From Anthoceros angustus (taxonomy: Eukaryota; Plantae; Anthocerotophyta), in NCBI GenBank assembly GCA_010909165.1, contig MU008161.1, positions 496,001-560,000 on the forward strand: DNA of 64,000 nt, read 5' to 3'. A model generated the notes under the pieces. It was not told the origin of the DNA. It ran no database searches and saw only the letters and a program-made list of their open reading frames with translations. Position 1 is the stretch's first letter; every line of letters starts with the position of its first letter. The position numbers and the translations under genes were made by a program. Below are positions 63,100 to 64,000 of this stretch, in pieces.

Positions 63100-64000
63100 G
63101 TAGGAGGAAGCCACACTTGCCAAGCTCATGCTCCTCGGCTGCCAACTAGGTTCGACAGGATGGACTGGCTGACTTCGCTTCTAGCGTAACCGCAGGATCA
63201 ACGAGATCGATAGGGCAAATCCGCATGGGCAAACCAGTGGTGGAATAACAGTCTCTTCCTGCCCCAAAGCCACCATCTAGGTCCGCCTACGGCCTTTCTG
63301 GTTCGCAACAATCCTGCCAGAGTCCCAGGAGGGAGGATCAGTGAGGATGCGACCTTCCTCATAACAGAAACTCCAGCATGAAACAATTTAAGAAGGACAG
63401 CCACAACCGTGGCTGGGAATCAATGTTAGCAGTATTGCCACCTACCGCATAGGGAAAACTAGAAAGTCCTAGAGGCTTAACCCAGGATGAACTAACAATT
63501 CTTGGCAGAATGGATGTACAATGATCCACTTAATGCTCCGTCACTTACAATACCCAAAAAGCACTAACGCATTAGCTCTTCCGCTTTTCTGAAGAACTAA
63601 CACACCCAGGATATACTAGCAGCCCAAGCCGAAGAGGTCAGAACTCACTGGTCTGCTAGCTGCCCCACCCCACATGGAATACAGACACCACCCTTTGATC
63701 GCAATCTCTCCCAGGGGCACAGTCTCGACCAGGCAATCAAGCACCAATCCCAAAAGAACGACACTGCACCCTTTCTTTCAAAGCACATTCATGACACTAC
63801 GAAGAGGAGAAAAGGGAGCAGACATCAACAGGTCAGAAGAGAGCTAAAGTTCTATACCTCCTACAGCATCAGCAGGCTACATGTGCAAAGTGTGACAAAG
63901 AGCAAAGCTTTTAATGTCCATCAAATGGACAAAGAGAACATAGCTAGGCTTCAAGAAACCCAATCACAACACATCTGCTAATCGGGCTCTAGCATTTGCT
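63100..64000 (-). mobile_element. Degenerate L1-type LINE ORF2 remnant, runs off the window end
   Basis: Broken frames with FFWDW, LIAWSRLCP, RSKGVV resembling the post-RT L1 region (FFW...VAWDKLC.PK..GGLG); many stops. Confidence 0.5.

Overview
Gene-dense, short-intron eukaryotic nuclear DNA from a non-seed land plant. Hornwort-like (Anthoceros-type) is an inference from the ~80-110 nt introns, the GC-rich genes and the very long PLS-class PPR gene with a PGQSWW box. Conserved plant genes, in order: sugar transporter STP (3' part), homogentisate dioxygenase, a coiled-coil protein, MSBP, an FHA/NIPP1-like protein, RAE1, an SPKK-tailed histone H2A, a Gly-rich unknown protein, a two-domain cystatin, NHX5/6-like antiporter with three U12 introns, a giant PLS-E PPR gene, a GNAT acetyltransferase, plastid PDH E2 and an F-box/Sel1 protein. 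AT-rich islands of degraded transposons lie between them: pogo-like, scrambled Ty3/gypsy, two PIF/Harbinger, two LINE remnants, and 18S- and 5S-derived fragments. The most notable locus is 48.9-56.1 kb. There a duplicated antisense NHX fragment supplies the first in-frame ATG of a ~50-motif PPR array. The array stops where a DYW deaminase would begin and is followed by an intronless ORF resembling actinobacterial hypothetical proteins, which could be joined to it in frame by a GT-AG intron. Many single-base homopolymer deletions suggest long-read consensus errors, so frameshifts should not be read as pseudogenisation without checking reads.
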